Shown one piece after another: positions 62,466 through 64,000 of a stretch of 64,000 bases of DNA (within the stretch, counting starts at the first letter, position 1; each line of letters begins with the position of its first letter). The notes under the pieces are model-generated. The model worked only from the letters and a program-made list of their open reading frames with translations, searched no databases and was not told the origin of the DNA. The DNA is from Isurus oxyrinchus (lineage: Eukaryota), in the NCBI GenBank assembly GCA_026770705.1, contig JANJGN010000038.1, forward strand, positions 4,216,001 to 4,280,000. Direction: 5' to 3'. The translations under genes were made by a program, and so were the position numbers.

Positions 62466-63299
62466 CTACAGGAATATAACCGAGGAAATTTAATTACATT
62501 GTTAGAATCCGAGGGCATCTTACTTTTTAAAATATATATTAAATCTATTGTATTTCCCTCAAACTATTGATTTGTCTTCTCATTAAATTTTCAGTGCATA
62601 TCTGGTAATAAATTGGCGACTCTCAGCAATCTCTGCCTGTCACTAACCCCACAGCTGTTCTCACTTTACTTTCCTCATCCTGCCCGTATTGGAAAAAAGT
62701 GTCTTTTCCCCCTTCGGTACCAGTTCTTTTTGGATCAATTTCGTGCGGCCTATCATTGGATTATATTATGCAGTAAACTGCAGGACGTTTAATAATTGAT
62801 AACAATTATTTTAATGGTAGGTACTGATCGCTATTAATTCTGAGATTCTGAACTCTGTAAATTTTCAACTTGTTTATTTATTTGTGGTAGTAATGTTTGG
62901 CACATAGTTAACTTAAATCAGTTTATAATTCAGAACATTGCTTCAGTGTGTTTCCTGGGTCTTTATGTGCTCCCAGAAATTTTTGGAAGATGTGCCCGCT
63001 AAAAAAGGACACTTGAAATAGACTTCCGTCTGGCATTTGTTTTTTTTTTAAATATGTATTTGCGTATAGCGTGCAGGGGTGTCTCGTGCTCTGCATTTAA
63101 CTGTGTTTGTGTGCCATGTTGTATGAATGCTGATGTGTATGTTGATGTGGAATCAATGTTGATATGCTTATTTATGTGTGGCGCACCTGTGTATGTTTGT
63201 TTGTTCATTTGTAAATGTTTGTGTATCAGTGTGCCTGTTTATGTGTTGATGTTTATGTTGACTTATTAATGCCTGTGTCAAAGAGTTTGTTTACGTCCA

Positions 63300-64000
63300 T
63301 AAAAGCAAAATCCTGTGGATGCTGCAAATCTGAAACAAAAACAAGAATAGCTGCAAAAACTCAGCAGGTCTGACATCATCTGCGGAGGGGAATAGAGTTA
63401 ATGTTACGAGTCCGGATGACTCTTCATCAGAACTGAGGAAAAATAGAAATGAGGTGAAATATAAGCTGGTTGAGGGGGGTGGGATAGGTAGAGCTGGATA
63501 GAGGGCCCGTGATAGGTGGCGGCAAAGAAGAGATTTCCAATGATGTCAACGAGTAAAGGATAAAGGAGTGTTGATGGTGGAAATGTGATGGGGTTGCGGT
63601 GGGGGGAAGAGACCGAAACAGGCTAAAAGGTGAAGAAAAAATGAATGGAAATCAATTTAAAAATAATTGAAATAGGTGGGAAAAGGAAAATATATTTAAA
63701 AAATCATATTTTAAAAATTATAAATTTTTGGAAATAGGGGATCAGAATGGGGGTGGGGATGGAGGAGAAAATTGATGATCGGAAGTTGTTGAAATCAATG
63801 TTAAGTCTGGAAGTCGGTAAAGTGCCTAATCAGGAGATGAGGTGCTGTTCCTCCAGTTTGCGTTGACCTTCCCAGAACATTGCAGCAGGCCAAGGACGGA
63901 CATGTGGGCATGAAAGCAGGGTGGTGTGTTGAAATGGCAAGTGACCAGGAGGTCTGAGTCATGCTTGCGGACAGACTGGTGTCTGCGTATAGTCCAATAT
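63300..64000 (-). mobile_element. Penelope-like element 3' end: GIY-YIG C-terminus, 3' UTR and hammerhead-bearing terminus
   Basis: Minus strand reads HQSVRKHDSDLLVTCHFNTPPCFHAHMSVLGLLQCS..QRKLEEQHLIS*LGTLPTSRLNIDFN; the 3' UTR shares gaaatataagctggtt and the downstream terminus with the 21.4 kb array. Confidence 0.8.
63396..63434 (-). ncRNA. Hammerhead ribozyme motif (canonical CUGAUGA, GAAA mutated to GUAA)
   Basis: AGUU-CUGAUGA-A-GAGUC-auccg-GACUC-GUAA-CA-UU-AACU. Confidence 0.6.

Larger units (their letters stand above)
59940..62490 (-). repeat. Right arm of the inverted segmental duplication (partner 3480-6040)
   Basis: Collinear reverse complement of the left arm. Confidence 0.9.

Overview
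Eukaryotic, intron-containing and repeat-rich DNA, very probably from a cartilaginous fish (shark): it carries HE1-like SINEs, CR1/HER1-like LINEs, Penelope-like elements and shark-type immune and GPCR genes. Three gene families are interleaved. (i) Two immunoglobulin heavy-chain membrane cassettes (TM1+TM2 exons) face each other from the window ends (3503-3786 on +, 62190-62465 on -), inside a ~2.5 kb inverted duplication, with a third TM-less remnant at ~49.4-50.4 kb. (ii) Three TCR alpha/delta-type V segments on +, each ending in a 23/22-bp-spacer RSS (24.2, 27.1 and 32.7 kb); one has an open V exon and two are pseudogenes. (iii) A cluster of two-exon GPR139/GPR142-like class A GPCRs: one intact 329-aa gene (39805-42041), two pseudogenes and one fragment. 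The most striking non-genic feature is a very young 1.5 kb insertion (21377-22882) of three ~375-bp tandem units plus one inverted unit. It is bounded by a 14-bp target-site duplication, and each unit carries a minimal type I hammerhead-ribozyme motif. The same motif ends a GIY-YIG Penelope-like element at 63.3-64 kb, so the insertion looks like a non-autonomous Penelope-derived retrozyme. All calls were made by eye; repeat boundaries are approximate and no searches were run.
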